From NCBI GenBank assembly GCA_026414165.1, contig JAOAJN010000007.1:7391-71390 (forward strand): a DNA stretch of 64,000 bases, given 5' to 3'. Below the pieces are notes generated by a model. That model worked only from the letters and a program-made list of their open reading frames with translations. It did no database searches and was not told the origin of the DNA. Shown here piece by piece: positions 29,689 through 39,052 of the stretch; the stretch's first letter is position 1, and each line of letters begins with the position of its first letter. This stretch comes from Candidatus Methanomethylicaceae archaeon. GTDB taxonomy: Archaea; Thermoproteota; Methanomethylicia; Methanomethylicales; Methanomethylicaceae. The translations under genes were made by a program, and so were the position numbers.

Positions 29689-30732
29689 CTACAAGCTGAC
29701 AGAAAGAATCAAAGCGAGAACGCCAAGAGCCGAGAGACCCAAAGTTGCAGGATATATCTGTCGGAAGGTCAGTATTGGGGAGAATGCAACTAATATAGCC
29801 ATTGCTACGGGTAAGACAAGACTCAAAACCATGTTCAGTATGAGGCACAAGGGCATGAATGGATCAAATGGAATCCCAATAAATAGTGTGACAAATATGC
29901 TCGAGAGGGCGAATAATAGAAGGTTCCGCATCAGATAATAACCAGCTCTCAGTTTCGAGGCATACTCTAGGACGCCCCCCTCTATGACGTCAACCTTTGC
30001 TTTGAGAATATTGAATGGTCTTTCGTTTAGGAGCATGAGATAGCCCACAAAATAGACTACTGCTGCCAAAAAGCCAGGCACTGTGAGTAGAACTGGATTT
30101 GACGGTAGAGGTAAAGAGAACCAAGAGGAATTGAAGTAAACTGGATTCTGGACTCTTATCAGATCAGAGATCATACCACTTCTGGCAGCTACGAAAGGTA
30201 CTAAGAGGGCGATATAAAGGGGTAGCGAGCCAATTGCCATCATCTTTAGAGCTCTCTCGGCCGAGTGTTGTTCAACGAACTCCCTTATGACGCCCTTGAT
30301 CTTTGCTCCCTTGACAAGATCGTTTATGGGCATGGGCGTGGTAAGAATTGACTGGGATTGCGATCCCATGAGGACGTACAAGACCTCCTCCAACTTGAGA
30401 AAGCCAGCTAGACCAAGGATGCTGCCCCATCCCAAAACACCCCACCAGTATGGGGTGGAGAACAATAACAATAGGAGTACAATCGCCACTCCGAGCCAAA
30501 CCAAGGACTTGTAGAAGAAAGGCATCTGTGCGATGGGTTCCGCCTTCCCTTTGTACCAGAACTTCAGGACTGCCCACCAACCAGGAGTTAAGACTGGAGG
30601 ACCAATCCTCTGCTGAACTCTTGCCTGAAGTTTTCTCTCTATGCCAGGAAGTACAAGCGAGTAGAGGGTTGCAATTATAGCTGCCACTATTGAAGAAAGA
30701 ACAAGTCCAGCGATAAACAATATAGCATCCAT
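29689..30732 (-). CDS. NuoH/MbhM/HycD-like membrane subunit of a group 4 hydrogenase
   Basis: LPGIERKLQARVQQRIGPP at the N-terminus; polytopic; 347 aa. Confidence 0.8.
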   Translation of the reverse strand: MDAILFIAGLVLSSIVAAIIATLYSLVLPGIERKLQARVQQRIGPPVLTPGWWAVLKFWYKGKAEPIAQMPFFYKSLVWLGVAIVLLLLLFSTPYWWGVLGWGSILGLAGFLKLEEVLYVLMGSQSQSILTTPMPINDLVKGAKIKGVIREFVEQHSAERALKMMAIGSLPLYIALLVPFVAARSGMISDLIRVQNPVYFNSSWFSLPLPSNPVLLTVPGFLAAVVYFVGYLMLLNERPFNILKAKVDVIEGGVLEYASKLRAGYYLMRNLLLFALSSIFVTLFIGIPFDPFMPLCLILNMVLSLVLPVAMAILVAFSPILTFRQIYPATLGLSALGVLALILSVSL

Positions 30733-30733
30733 A

Positions 30734-31921
30734 CTATCTCCTCCATCCGTACTTTCTCACAACCTCAATCTCACTCATAATCCGCGTCTTGCCAGATTCA
30801 ATTATCTCGACGCGGTTGCAACAGGTTAGGCAGGGATCGCAGCTGGCTATTGTTAATACTGCGTCTGTAACGTGATCGCCTATGCATGCCTTTTCCATGG
30901 CAGCCAAGTTGGTTGGTGTGGGAGTGCGTATTTTATAACCCCTTATGAGTCCTTGCGAATCCAAACTGTAAGAATGCATAAGCTCTCCTCTGAAGGTCTC
31001 AAAATACATTGTAGTGTAGTCCATCTCACCTGGGATCCAATCCCTATTGACGATTGGTCCCTCGGGAAGGTTCTTCACTACTTGGCGTATAATCTTTAGA
31101 CTCTCAATCACCTCGAGGGCCCTTTGAACCACTCTCGCTTTGTTGTCTCCTTCTTTGAGAACAATTACATTGAAGTCAAACGGTTTGTATTCGTACATCA
31201 TTCTTCTGATATCATAATCCCAGCCCGAGGCCCTACCATTAGGTCCTGTAGCATGATATTTTATAGCGTCGTCTTTTGATAGGAGACCAACTCCAGCCAA
31301 CCTCGACATCACAAGTGGGTCGGCGAGAATCCTATCCACGTACTCTAAATATTTCTTCTCGAAGTCATCAAGCCTTTCTAGAATAACCCTCTTCAGAGAT
31401 TCAGTAAGATCCGACCTAGGTCTTATTCCACCAATCACTGGAACGGAAGGCATGACCCTGTTGCCGCCTATATAAGCCATAAGATCCATGAATACTTCCC
31501 TAAGGAGGAACGAGCGCATCGAGAAAGTCTCGTGCCCTAGAATCTCGAAGGCGTGCCCAAAGAATATCAGATGGCTCGCAATACGCTGAATCTCATTTAT
31601 CAGCACCCTGATGTAATTGGCTCTATCAGGAACCTTTATCTTAAGACCAGATTCGACTACGCGAACGGCGTTCCAAGCATGCACATTAGAGCATATTCCG
31701 CAGACCTTCTCAGCGATTAGTAGAGCCCGCTCTACTGGAAGACCTTCAAATAGCCTCTCGATCCCTCTGTGGGCCATATTTATTGTTAATTCACAGTCCT
31801 CAACGATCTCGTCATTTACAAAGAGTCTGATCCTGAATGGTTCGATCAGTGCAGGGTGAACTGGACCTAATGATAGTTCTTTCTCCACAACACTCTCTTT
31901 ATCTTTTGTTCTCTCGGTCAT
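30734..31921 (-). CDS. [NiFe] hydrogenase large subunit, group 4 (NuoD/MbhL/EchE-like)
   Basis: LGPVHPALIEPFRIRLFV, HRGIERL, N-terminal ligand pair in EKVCGICSNVH, and C-terminal pair in SCDPCLTCCNR. Start at the ATG at 31921 (TAAAATG junction with the small subunit). Confidence 0.85.
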   Translation of the reverse strand: MTERTKDKESVVEKELSLGPVHPALIEPFRIRLFVNDEIVEDCELTINMAHRGIERLFEGLPVERALLIAEKVCGICSNVHAWNAVRVVESGLKIKVPDRANYIRVLINEIQRIASHLIFFGHAFEILGHETFSMRSFLLREVFMDLMAYIGGNRVMPSVPVIGGIRPRSDLTESLKRVILERLDDFEKKYLEYVDRILADPLVMSRLAGVGLLSKDDAIKYHATGPNGRASGWDYDIRRMMYEYKPFDFNVIVLKEGDNKARVVQRALEVIESLKIIRQVVKNLPEGPIVNRDWIPGEMDYTTMYFETFRGELMHSYSLDSQGLIRGYKIRTPTPTNLAAMEKACIGDHVTDAVLTIASCDPCLTCCNRVEIIESGKTRIMSEIEVVRKYGWRR

Positions 31922-31922
31922 T

Positions 31923-32375
31923 TTAAGGTGCCTCCATGAGTTTTGGTACTCCCTTAACCGCCCCCGCGATGATATCTTCGGGTCTCGGGGCACAGCCAGG
32001 CACTTTTACATCCACTGGGATTACCTTTTCCACCGGACCTACCACCTCAGCATTTGCTCCGATGTCGCCAACCATATTTGTGAACACGTTGCCATTGACG
32101 GCGCAGGAACCTACTGCTAGAACCGCCTTAGGTTCCGGTATTAGTTCGTATAGTTTTTTGAGGGGTTCCACCATCTGCCATGGAACACATCCAGTCACGA
32201 TAAGTACGTCCGCCTCCCTAGGGTTCCATGTCAAAAGAATCCTGTACTGTTCCAAGTCGTATCTTGGAGAGAGAAGGGCGTTTAATATCTCTATGTCGCA
32301 GCCGTTACACCCTTCGGTGTAAACTAACATGGCATGTATGGCATTTTTTCTTGCAATTGCCTTCAAGCCCATCAC
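31923..32375 (-). CDS. [NiFe] hydrogenase small subunit, NuoB/MbhJ-like
   Basis: Four cluster Cys residues: GCNGCDIE, AVGSCAVNG, VPGCAPRPEDI. Confidence 0.85.
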   Translation of the reverse strand: MMGLKAIARKNAIHAMLVYTEGCNGCDIEILNALLSPRYDLEQYRILLTWNPREADVLIVTGCVPWQMVEPLKKLYELIPEPKAVLAVGSCAVNGNVFTNMVGDIGANAEVVGPVEKVIPVDVKVPGCAPRPEDIIAGAVKGVPKLMEAP

Positions 32376-32863
32376 TTCTTACCTCCTCTCAGAAATTCAA
32401 CGGTCTCTGGCGGTATCAACTTCTTAAGTTCCTCAATCTTCTCGGGAGGAGCCCTTATCGGTTTCTTAAGGATTTCCTGTAGGGTGAGTTTGGGGCTACC
32501 CACGTCCCTGGCATGAATTGGTGCCGCCTCCCCAAAGACTGAGTATATGGGGCAGAAATCATGACAATTTAGGCAAAATACACACTTCATGAGATCTATG
32601 CGGGGGACTTGTTCACGCATGTACCCCTCAGCAATCTCTACAGGTTTCTCGAGTTTCATCATAGTTATTGCCTGGGTGGGGCAGACTTTGGCACAGCCCC
32701 CGCAACCTATGCACATCTCGTCTAACACAGTATCCCAAGCAGGAACAGATAGTGTGAGGACCTTTTTACGTATCTCCAAGCTCGTCGCTCTGTCGGACCT
32801 CAAAACTACCCTAACAAAATTCCTGTAAGCTCCCTGGAGCATCAGTCTCAAGAAGGCGATCAT
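32372..32863 (-). CDS. 2x[4Fe-4S] NuoI/MbhN-like ferredoxin subunit
   Basis: CIGCGGCAKVCPTQAI and RIDLMKCVFCLNCHDFCPI. Confidence 0.7.
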   Translation of the reverse strand: MIAFLRLMLQGAYRNFVRVVLRSDRATSLEIRKKVLTLSVPAWDTVLDEMCIGCGGCAKVCPTQAITMMKLEKPVEIAEGYMREQVPRIDLMKCVFCLNCHDFCPIYSVFGEAAPIHARDVGSPKLTLQEILKKPIRAPPEKIEELKKLIPPETVEFLRGGKK

Positions 32864-33309
32864 GGTATCACCACCGCCTCACCAACATATCCAGCGACCC
32901 TTTTTGTGCTGTAAACCTTAACAACGCGGATGCAGTCCGTGGGGCATGTTGTGGCACAGGCACCACAACCTATGCATTTGGATTCATCAACATAAGCCAA
33001 TCCGTCCTTAAGGTATACGGCATGGTCACCTTTCAGCGTTATCTTGCAAGCATCAACACACAGACCGCAGCCGATGCATAGGTTTCTATTTATGTAGACA
33101 GACCATCGCAACAATTCCCTGTTTGGTAGGACATTCAAAATAGGTATGGCACCAACCGGGCAGTGAGAAGCGCAGAGCTCACATAGTATGCATTTTGAAA
33201 TCTCGACGACCGGTTTTTTCTCTACGATAGGGTTAAATGTTATTGCATTTGTAGGACAGACCTTAACACACGTCCCACACCTTATGCACAAGTCTGTTGG
33301 TTTGCTCAA
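32860..33309 (-). CDS. polyferredoxin, 4 predicted [4Fe-4S] clusters
   Basis: CIRCGTCVKVCP, CILCELCASHCP, CIGCGLCVDAC, CIGCGACATTCP. Confidence 0.8.
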   Translation of the reverse strand: MSKPTDLCIRCGTCVKVCPTNAITFNPIVEKKPVVEISKCILCELCASHCPVGAIPILNVLPNRELLRWSVYINRNLCIGCGLCVDACKITLKGDHAVYLKDGLAYVDESKCIGCGACATTCPTDCIRVVKVYSTKRVAGYVGEAVVIP

Positions 33310-33944
33310 AGGATATTACCTCCCCAACTTACACTTTTAATAGAAAGAGCCCCCACGGGGCAAGACTTTATGCAGCGACCGCACATGACACAGTACCCAG
33401 CAGGGTATCGGTCTTTAAGATACATCGTCTGTGGCGGACATACGCGTACGCATTCCCCGCAGAGAGTACAGAGTTCGGGGTTCAATTTGATCCTATTCAT
33501 CTCAAACTTCAGTGCGCCGTTCGGACACACCCTCGCGCATAGTGAGCAGAGAGAGCAGTTAATTATTGTTGGGCGGGCATCGCCCTTCTTAATCTTTAGT
33601 TTGCCCTCGTACAACTGTATAGCTCCGACCGGGCATTTCTCATAACACTCCATACACATTACGCATGTGACCTTTATTATCCTTTCAGCGTACGACTGTG
33701 TGTTCAAGTAAAGCTTTCCGGCTTCCTCAGGTTTGATCTTCCCCTCATAAGAATCGATGGCCTTAACAGGGCACACCTCGGCGCATAGGTTGCAATGTGT
33801 GCAGAGACCTCTCTCTTCAATGGTGAACTTTATCGCATCCGTGGGGCAAATGTTCCTGCATCTACCACAGAGTATGCATTTCGACATGTCCCGGAAGATC
33901 TTTCTCTTTGAGACTTGAACTGTCTTTGCAACTTGAACGCTCAT
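33306..33944 (-). CDS. polyferredoxin, 6 predicted [4Fe-4S] clusters
   Basis: CILCGRCRNICP, CTHCNLCAEVCP, CVMCMECYEKCP, CSLCSLCARVCP, CTLCGECVRVCP, CVMCGRCIKSCP. Confidence 0.8.
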   Translation of the reverse strand: MSVQVAKTVQVSKRKIFRDMSKCILCGRCRNICPTDAIKFTIEERGLCTHCNLCAEVCPVKAIDSYEGKIKPEEAGKLYLNTQSYAERIIKVTCVMCMECYEKCPVGAIQLYEGKLKIKKGDARPTIINCSLCSLCARVCPNGALKFEMNRIKLNPELCTLCGECVRVCPPQTMYLKDRYPAGYCVMCGRCIKSCPVGALSIKSVSWGGNIL

Positions 33945-34399
33945 TTTGTAACCACTGCCTCCACTTTTTTGTCCTTAAGTATCTCTTTGAGCCTCTCGGG
34001 AGTGGCGATCTCCAGAACAACTGAGTAGTCGATCGGACGAGTAATGTATCTGCCAAGATCGAATCGGGCGTTTTTGGGGCAGACCTTAACGCATAATCCG
34101 CACCTTACACAGATCCCCCTAACCCTTTCCTTCTTCAGATTATCATCAAACACGATCTTAGCAAATCCGAAAGGGCAGTGCTTGACGCAAAGACCGCAGA
34201 GTGTGCATCGGGCTCTGTCCACATACCAACCTCCAAACCGATTCTTCCTTATGGCTTGGGTCGGACAGACGCGTGCGCACTCCCCACAAGTCGTACAGCT
34301 AAATGGAATTCCGTCGGGATGCTTGATGCAGTCTGTAGGGCATGCCTCCCAGCATTTTCCGCATTTGTCGCACTCAGATGTTGTGAGGTACATCATCAC
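33941..34399 (-). CDS. polyferredoxin, 4 predicted [4Fe-4S] clusters
   Basis: CDKCGKCWEACP, CTTCGECARVCP, CTLCGLCVKHCP, CVRCGLCVKVCP. Confidence 0.8.
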   Translation of the reverse strand: MMMYLTTSECDKCGKCWEACPTDCIKHPDGIPFSCTTCGECARVCPTQAIRKNRFGGWYVDRARCTLCGLCVKHCPFGFAKIVFDDNLKKERVRGICVRCGLCVKVCPKNARFDLGRYITRPIDYSVVLEIATPERLKEILKDKKVEAVVTK

Positions 34400-34656
34400 T
34401 CACCCTTCAGAGCCTTACCTATTAGGAGCCCAATAGTAGCACCAATCAGAGGGGTGGCGAACCCCAGACCAGGCATTATGTAGCCCCCGTATATGGAGTA
34501 TGAAAACATAAATACTCCAAAGAGCAGGGCACCGACAATACTGAATGAGATTACCAATACTGTTGTCCCCTTGGAGATCTTTCCTGAGAGCTGTGTTCCA
34601 AAGAGAATGCCCAATATTATCGAAATTATAAACGGGGTTATCTCTCCAAGCATCAT
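34396..34656 (-). CDS. small membrane protein (about 3 TM) of the hydrogenase operon
   Basis: 86 aa from the internal ATG (MMLGEITPFIISIILGILFG...). Has a 4-nt overlap with the first polyferredoxin. Confidence 0.5.
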   Translation of the reverse strand: MMLGEITPFIISIILGILFGTQLSGKISKGTTVLVISFSIVGALLFGVFMFSYSIYGGYIMPGLGFATPLIGATIGLLIGKALKGE

Positions 34657-34657
34657 T

Positions 34658-35509
34658 TTACTTTCCTCCTTTCTCTTGGTCTTCCGGAGGCTCGGACCAG
34701 CCGTAGAGGAAGGCAAAATAGATTAGCCCAATAGCGCCTACAACATTGAATGCTTCTGCAATATTTATCAAGGGTATTATGCCAGGGGTGGAGTAAAATA
34801 CTCCCTCTTGGAGGTATAATGAGAGCCTGAACGGATCGCCGAATATGCTGTGGAGGGTTGGTGAGACAAGACTCCAGATATCCGCACCCACGTTATATTG
34901 CCAATATCCCGAAGTTAGAAATCCTGGTAGACCTAAAAGGGTGTATCCCCCTAGCCCGACAGCACCTATGCCGATAAGAAAGCGCTTGCCAAATTTTATC
35001 GGGTTATCCTTTCCGTAAAATATGGCAGCCAGTAAGTAAGCAGAAGTCATTATAACTCCGCACTGGAAGCCTCCTCCTCCAGATGTAGAGGATGCTGTGA
35101 CTACCATAATGCCATATGATAGCAAGAGTATCGCAGCTGGAAGACCAAGGTACTTCAAGATAACTGTCAAGGACTCGGTCCGGTACTCTAAAGGCGGAGA
35201 GGTTGCTGGAGCCTCCTCCGAATAATGTTTCATTTGAACCACCCCTCTGCCTATAACAAGGGCAGACGCCACAGCACCCACATAAATAACAGCAGTCTCT
35301 ATCAGTGTATCAAAACCACGCCAATCGTAAACCCAAGTCGCTATATTATTTGGAGCGACTAAATAAGCCAGGATATTGTAGATCCTGCTTATTCCGGGGC
35401 TCACATTCCCAGCTAGTTTTTCCAATGATGACATTAACCCTACGCAAATTATGAGTAGAGCGATTACGGCAATTATTCCCCTTTTACCCCTAAGTTCTGA
35501 CGGATCCAT
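34658..35509 (-). CDS. MnhB/MrpB-domain membrane protein (MbhE/F-like)
   Basis: WVYDWRGFDTLIETAVIYVGAVAS resembles the MnhB RxFDTLGE motif; polytopic. Confidence 0.65.
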   Translation of the reverse strand: MDPSELRGKRGIIAVIALLIICVGLMSSLEKLAGNVSPGISRIYNILAYLVAPNNIATWVYDWRGFDTLIETAVIYVGAVASALVIGRGVVQMKHYSEEAPATSPPLEYRTESLTVILKYLGLPAAILLLSYGIMVVTASSTSGGGGFQCGVIMTSAYLLAAIFYGKDNPIKFGKRFLIGIGAVGLGGYTLLGLPGFLTSGYWQYNVGADIWSLVSPTLHSIFGDPFRLSLYLQEGVFYSTPGIIPLINIAEAFNVVGAIGLIYFAFLYGWSEPPEDQEKGGK

Positions 35510-35512
35510 TTA

Positions 35513-35839
35513 TCATCCCCCCCATAAGGTTACAGCTATTATAATTGCAAAGTAAATTACAACCCAGTAGAGGACTCTGTTGAGATCGTTGCTGTTTTCT
35601 TTTTCCAAGGTGACTATCAGAGGAGCAAAATAAAGTGTTCCCGCGATTGCCGCGATAAGCAAGACCATGCCCAAAGGTATAGAGAATATCCTAAAGAAGG
35701 AGGCAAGAATTAGCGCAAACACTAAAGACTGGAGCTCTCCTGTCATATATCCTGTCATCATGTTAGTATAGCCGTTACCCTCTACGAAAGAGCTTATCCA
35801 TTTCTTAACCTTATCAAACAGAGTGTCTATAGATACCAT
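35513..35839 (-). CDS. small membrane protein of the hydrogenase operon (MbhI-like position)
   Basis: 108 aa from the internal ATG at 35839 (MVSIDTLFDKVKK...), with 3 hydrophobic segments. Confidence 0.5.
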   Translation of the reverse strand: MVSIDTLFDKVKKWISSFVEGNGYTNMMTGYMTGELQSLVFALILASFFRIFSIPLGMVLLIAAIAGTLYFAPLIVTLEKENSNDLNRVLYWVVIYFAIIIAVTLWGG

Positions 35840-37335
35840 GGTATACTCACCGCCTGTGCAACGGGTGTTATAAAACTCACAACAATATTGGGATAAACCC
35901 CAATGATCAGTGTGAGGGCAACAAAGACCCATAGCCCAATATAGAGGGATCTTGGAACCTTAACCTCCGCAACGGGTTCTGAAGTTTCCGGAGGCTTTAA
36001 GAACAATCTGTAAACTGCCCTGAAGAGAGCTATGAATGTTGTTACTGAAACCATCAGGATTACAGCGGCCACCTCCGGGAGCCCAGCCTTAAGAGAAGCT
36101 TGGATCAGTATAAGTTCGCTTTGGAAGCCGTTGAATGGAGGTATTCCGGAGGCCGCCATTGTGCCTAGAATAACAGCCATTCCAAGCCAAGGTGCCCTTT
36201 TGGCTAAACCCAAAGAATTCCTTGTTGAGGTCTTCCCTCCAAAGTAGTAAAGTGCCTCACAACAAAGTAGCAACACGGTCATGTAAATCACATCATTAAC
36301 AGCCTGAAATATGCCCCCAACAAGTCCTTCGGTTGTACCCAGAGAGATCCCAACTGTAACAAGTCCGCTATGGCTAACTATGAGATATGCCAAGATCCAT
36401 CTGAAGTCGGTCTGGATTAGAGCCATCACAACGCCCAACATCATAGTTATGATGCTTATTGCTAACATTACTTCCCTTACAAAAGGTAGCATGCCGAAGA
36501 TCTGTAGCATTACAATACCAATGGCGACAAGCATCAGTTTTGACTGTGTCTGAAGCATTGCTGTGCCGTGCGGAAAGGATGCCCCGTATACCTCTGATTT
36601 AAGCGGGTGAATTGGGGCAAGTCCGCCGGCATATATCCAAGAGAGCACAAAGAATGCAAAGGCTACGTAAAGTATGATGGACATCTCGCCAAGGTTGACG
36701 GACTGAAGATATCTTATGGCATCTGAGATGTTCGAATATCCAGTAAGACCCAATATTAGAGCTAGTGCGATAGCGAGACCTGCGCCGCTGAGGGCGGAGA
36801 AGAAGGTATACTTTAGGGCAGCCTTATGACTCACACTTGTCCCAGATCCGACTACAACACCTGCTACAACCAAACTACCAATTTCCACAGCGATCCATAG
36901 ATGGTAGAGGTCATTAACCATGATAATTATAGCTGCGGACGCAAATAGCAGGAAGATCATGCTCATGTATGGACCCTGGCGTTTTGTTAGACCGCTGGAG
37001 GCAACAGCAACCACAAATATCAAGATCAGTGACATCACGAATATCATTACTTGCTGGAGGGGACCGAAATAGAATTCAAGTGCCAACCGCCAAGCTGGAA
37101 AACCAGGGTCGAATGTAAAAGTCAGAGTCTCTGGGCGCAAGGCGGGTTGTCCAGTAAACCAGTGGTATCCATAGGAGGACAATGATGCTATTAGTGCAAG
37201 GCATACGGCAGAAACGATCGATATGATCTTTATGAGGCGCGACCTATTGTAAATGAAGTTAACCACAACCGCAACTATAATAGGGATCACTACAAGTAAC
37301 GGAATTGACCAAAGGTTTGATGGATATGCACTCAT
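35827..37335 (-). CDS. MrpD/NuoL-N-like antiporter subunit (MbhH-like)
   Basis: 502 aa with about 14 TM segments. The composition is typical of proton-pumping antiporter-like subunits. Located between the MrpC-like gene and small TM genes. Confidence 0.85.
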   Translation of the reverse strand: MSAYPSNLWSIPLLVVIPIIVAVVVNFIYNRSRLIKIISIVSAVCLALIASLSSYGYHWFTGQPALRPETLTFTFDPGFPAWRLALEFYFGPLQQVMIFVMSLILIFVVAVASSGLTKRQGPYMSMIFLLFASAAIIIMVNDLYHLWIAVEIGSLVVAGVVVGSGTSVSHKAALKYTFFSALSGAGLAIALALILGLTGYSNISDAIRYLQSVNLGEMSIILYVAFAFFVLSWIYAGGLAPIHPLKSEVYGASFPHGTAMLQTQSKLMLVAIGIVMLQIFGMLPFVREVMLAISIITMMLGVVMALIQTDFRWILAYLIVSHSGLVTVGISLGTTEGLVGGIFQAVNDVIYMTVLLLCCEALYYFGGKTSTRNSLGLAKRAPWLGMAVILGTMAASGIPPFNGFQSELILIQASLKAGLPEVAAVILMVSVTTFIALFRAVYRLFLKPPETSEPVAEVKVPRSLYIGLWVFVALTLIIGVYPNIVVSFITPVAQAVSIPWYL

Positions 37336-37706
37336 CGTCGCTCACCCTTTAGTACCTTAGAAGCTTTAAGTGTGCCATACCGCCTGTAGAGCATTATTGC
37401 CAAAGCAACCAGTATTGCGGTGGTGCTCACACCTATGACGATGTTAGTTAAAACGATTCCGACTGGAAAGACAAGAGCTGCCCTCGCCGCAAATTCTGAA
37501 ACCGACATTCCAGGGATCAGTATGGGGACGATGCCACCCTCAACATAGCCCAAAGCTACCAATAGTAAATTCACACCATCAGAAAGCAATGTAAAAGATA
37601 TTATTTTTTTGATCAGGTTATCCAAGAAAAGCATGCCTGCAATACCAATAACTACAAGTGCAGCAGCCGCAATGAAGCCCAATAGTTGGATTGTGACTTC
37701 TATCAA
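37332..37706 (-). CDS. MrpC/NuoK-like membrane subunit (MbhG-like)
   Basis: 124 aa, 3 TM; IISFTLLSDGVNLLLVALGY. Confidence 0.75.
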   Translation of the reverse strand: MIEVTIQLLGFIAAAALVVIGIAGMLFLDNLIKKIISFTLLSDGVNLLLVALGYVEGGIVPILIPGMSVSEFAARAALVFPVGIVLTNIVIGVSTTAILVALAIMLYRRYGTLKASKVLKGERR

Positions 37707-37966
37707 TCTTCTTCAGTCCTCCTTGTTTTGAATATTCCCAGAATGATGATTCCTGGCAGGAGCACGGTGCCAACAATTGCCTGGGTCAAACCAAGATCTG
37801 GTGCTAAGAGAGCTTGAAAGAAGAATGCTAGAGCTATGCTCTCTGCGCCTGATATGAAGGCGGCCCTTAGAAGATCTTTTTGAAGTAGAGCTGCTACTGC
37901 GCCCACAGTTATTGCAACCACCATAACATAAGCCATCACAATAAAACTTGAAGACAGTTCGATCAT
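37703..37966 (-). CDS. MbhD-like / DUF4040 (MrpB N-terminal-like) membrane subunit
   Basis: 87 aa; LLQKDLLRAAFISGAESIALAFFFQALLAPDLGLTQAIVG. Confidence 0.6.
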   Translation of the reverse strand: MIELSSSFIVMAYVMVVAITVGAVAALLQKDLLRAAFISGAESIALAFFFQALLAPDLGLTQAIVGTVLLPGIIILGIFKTRRTEED

Positions 37967-38445
37967 TTTTCCAACCTCCTCTGATAGCTATAATAATAGG
38001 CATTTGCAAGAGCGTTTCCGCAGAACGGTATGAGGACGAAAAAGAAGAAGCCAACGGCAACTAAATCAAGCCTAAATATCAACAATCCTCCGAATATCAT
38101 GACCAAAGAGGCCACGGTATCTATGATGCCAGTTATGTGGTTCCTTGCATAGAAGATGTTTGGACCATATTCGTCTCCAAATCTGAATAGGCCTATGGCA
38201 GCACCTATCATAGGCACGACTCCAGCGAACATTATTCCGCCGGCACCAATCTTGCCAACAACACTAACCGCTGTATCAAATGGGACCCCGTTGAAAACCA
38301 GAATGATTGCCAACACTACAAAAACTATTATAAGCGATGGTATGAGTTTGTTTGGGTCTATTACGAAAGTGCCCTTCTTTATATTCCATGCCACGAATGC
38401 AATTATAGCGAGCCCATATAGTATCACAAAGATCTCGTCGATCAT
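37963..38445 (-). CDS. MrpG/MnhG-like membrane subunit with N-terminal extension
   Basis: GAAIGLFRFGDEYGPNIFYARNHITGIIDT resembles the MnhG GLLRFPD..R.H motif. At 160 aa it is longer than the usual ~110-120 aa. Confidence 0.6.
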   Translation of the reverse strand: MIDEIFVILYGLAIIAFVAWNIKKGTFVIDPNKLIPSLIIVFVVLAIILVFNGVPFDTAVSVVGKIGAGGIMFAGVVPMIGAAIGLFRFGDEYGPNIFYARNHITGIIDTVASLVMIFGGLLIFRLDLVAVGFFFFVLIPFCGNALANAYYYSYQRRLEK

Positions 38446-38756
38446 TCGCCCTCCTCCATCCTGAATAATCTTGCAAAGATTATCGTGCCCACGGCGCCCA
38501 AAACAAGAAGTGCGATCGCAGTATCTCTAGCGAACTCAACCTCAAATATGATCTGAATGATGTATAGGCTGACGCCTGCAGCCGTTGTGAGGGCGCTTAC
38601 GCCCATCAGAGAGGTTACCGCCTCACCTTTTAATGCGAGCCTTAGCGCGCCCAGACCAGCTATCGCGACGGCCACCATAAAGGTAAATGCGCCCCAAAAG
38701 AACACCGAGTCGGCTAGTGATGTCAATGACGCGACATCCATCATTTTTCTAACCAC
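38442..38756 (-). CDS. MrpF/MnhF-like membrane subunit
   Basis: 104 aa, 3 TM. Sits between the MrpE-like and MrpG-like genes. Confidence 0.6.
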   Translation of the reverse strand: MVRKMMDVASLTSLADSVFFWGAFTFMVAVAIAGLGALRLALKGEAVTSLMGVSALTTAAGVSLYIIQIIFEVEFARDTAIALLVLGAVGTIIFARLFRMEEGE

Positions 38757-39046
38757 CTCTCAACATGAGGTTCTAATGGAATTATCTCTCCCCGGGTTCT
38801 TGGGTTAATAGCGCCCACGTAAAGCCGTTTTATAGGTACATCTACTTCGATAGTTACAGTGCCAGGAGTATATGTAATGCTGTTTGCGAGCATTGTTTGC
38901 GAGATAGGTTTTGTAAGGACAGAGTCAATGGGAATAATAACCGGGTCGATATCCCCATTAAAACACCTTTTTGTGACGTCTATAATGGATGCCATTATTT
39001 CCCTTATCAAACGTAACCAAAAACGAACTCCCCACATAAAAGCCAA
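38741..39046 (-). CDS. MrpE/MnhE-like subunit (MbhA-like)
   Basis: MLANSITYTPGTVTIEVD matches the MnhE ANSITLTPGT motif. Confidence 0.65.
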   Translation of the reverse strand: MAFMWGVRFWLRLIREIMASIIDVTKRCFNGDIDPVIIPIDSVLTKPISQTMLANSITYTPGTVTIEVDVPIKRLYVGAINPRTRGEIIPLEPHVERWLEK

Positions 39047-39052
39047 ATTAAA

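Noticed and set aside
37713-38060. 115-aa minus-strand ORF overlapping the MbhD-like and MrpG-like genes, plus similar out-of-frame ORFs (30272-30580, 33862-34056, 38276-38476, 39277-39666)
   Set aside because: They are alternative frames of genes with better-supported membrane or Fe-S motifs. Their composition is Arg/Ser/Gly-rich and atypical.
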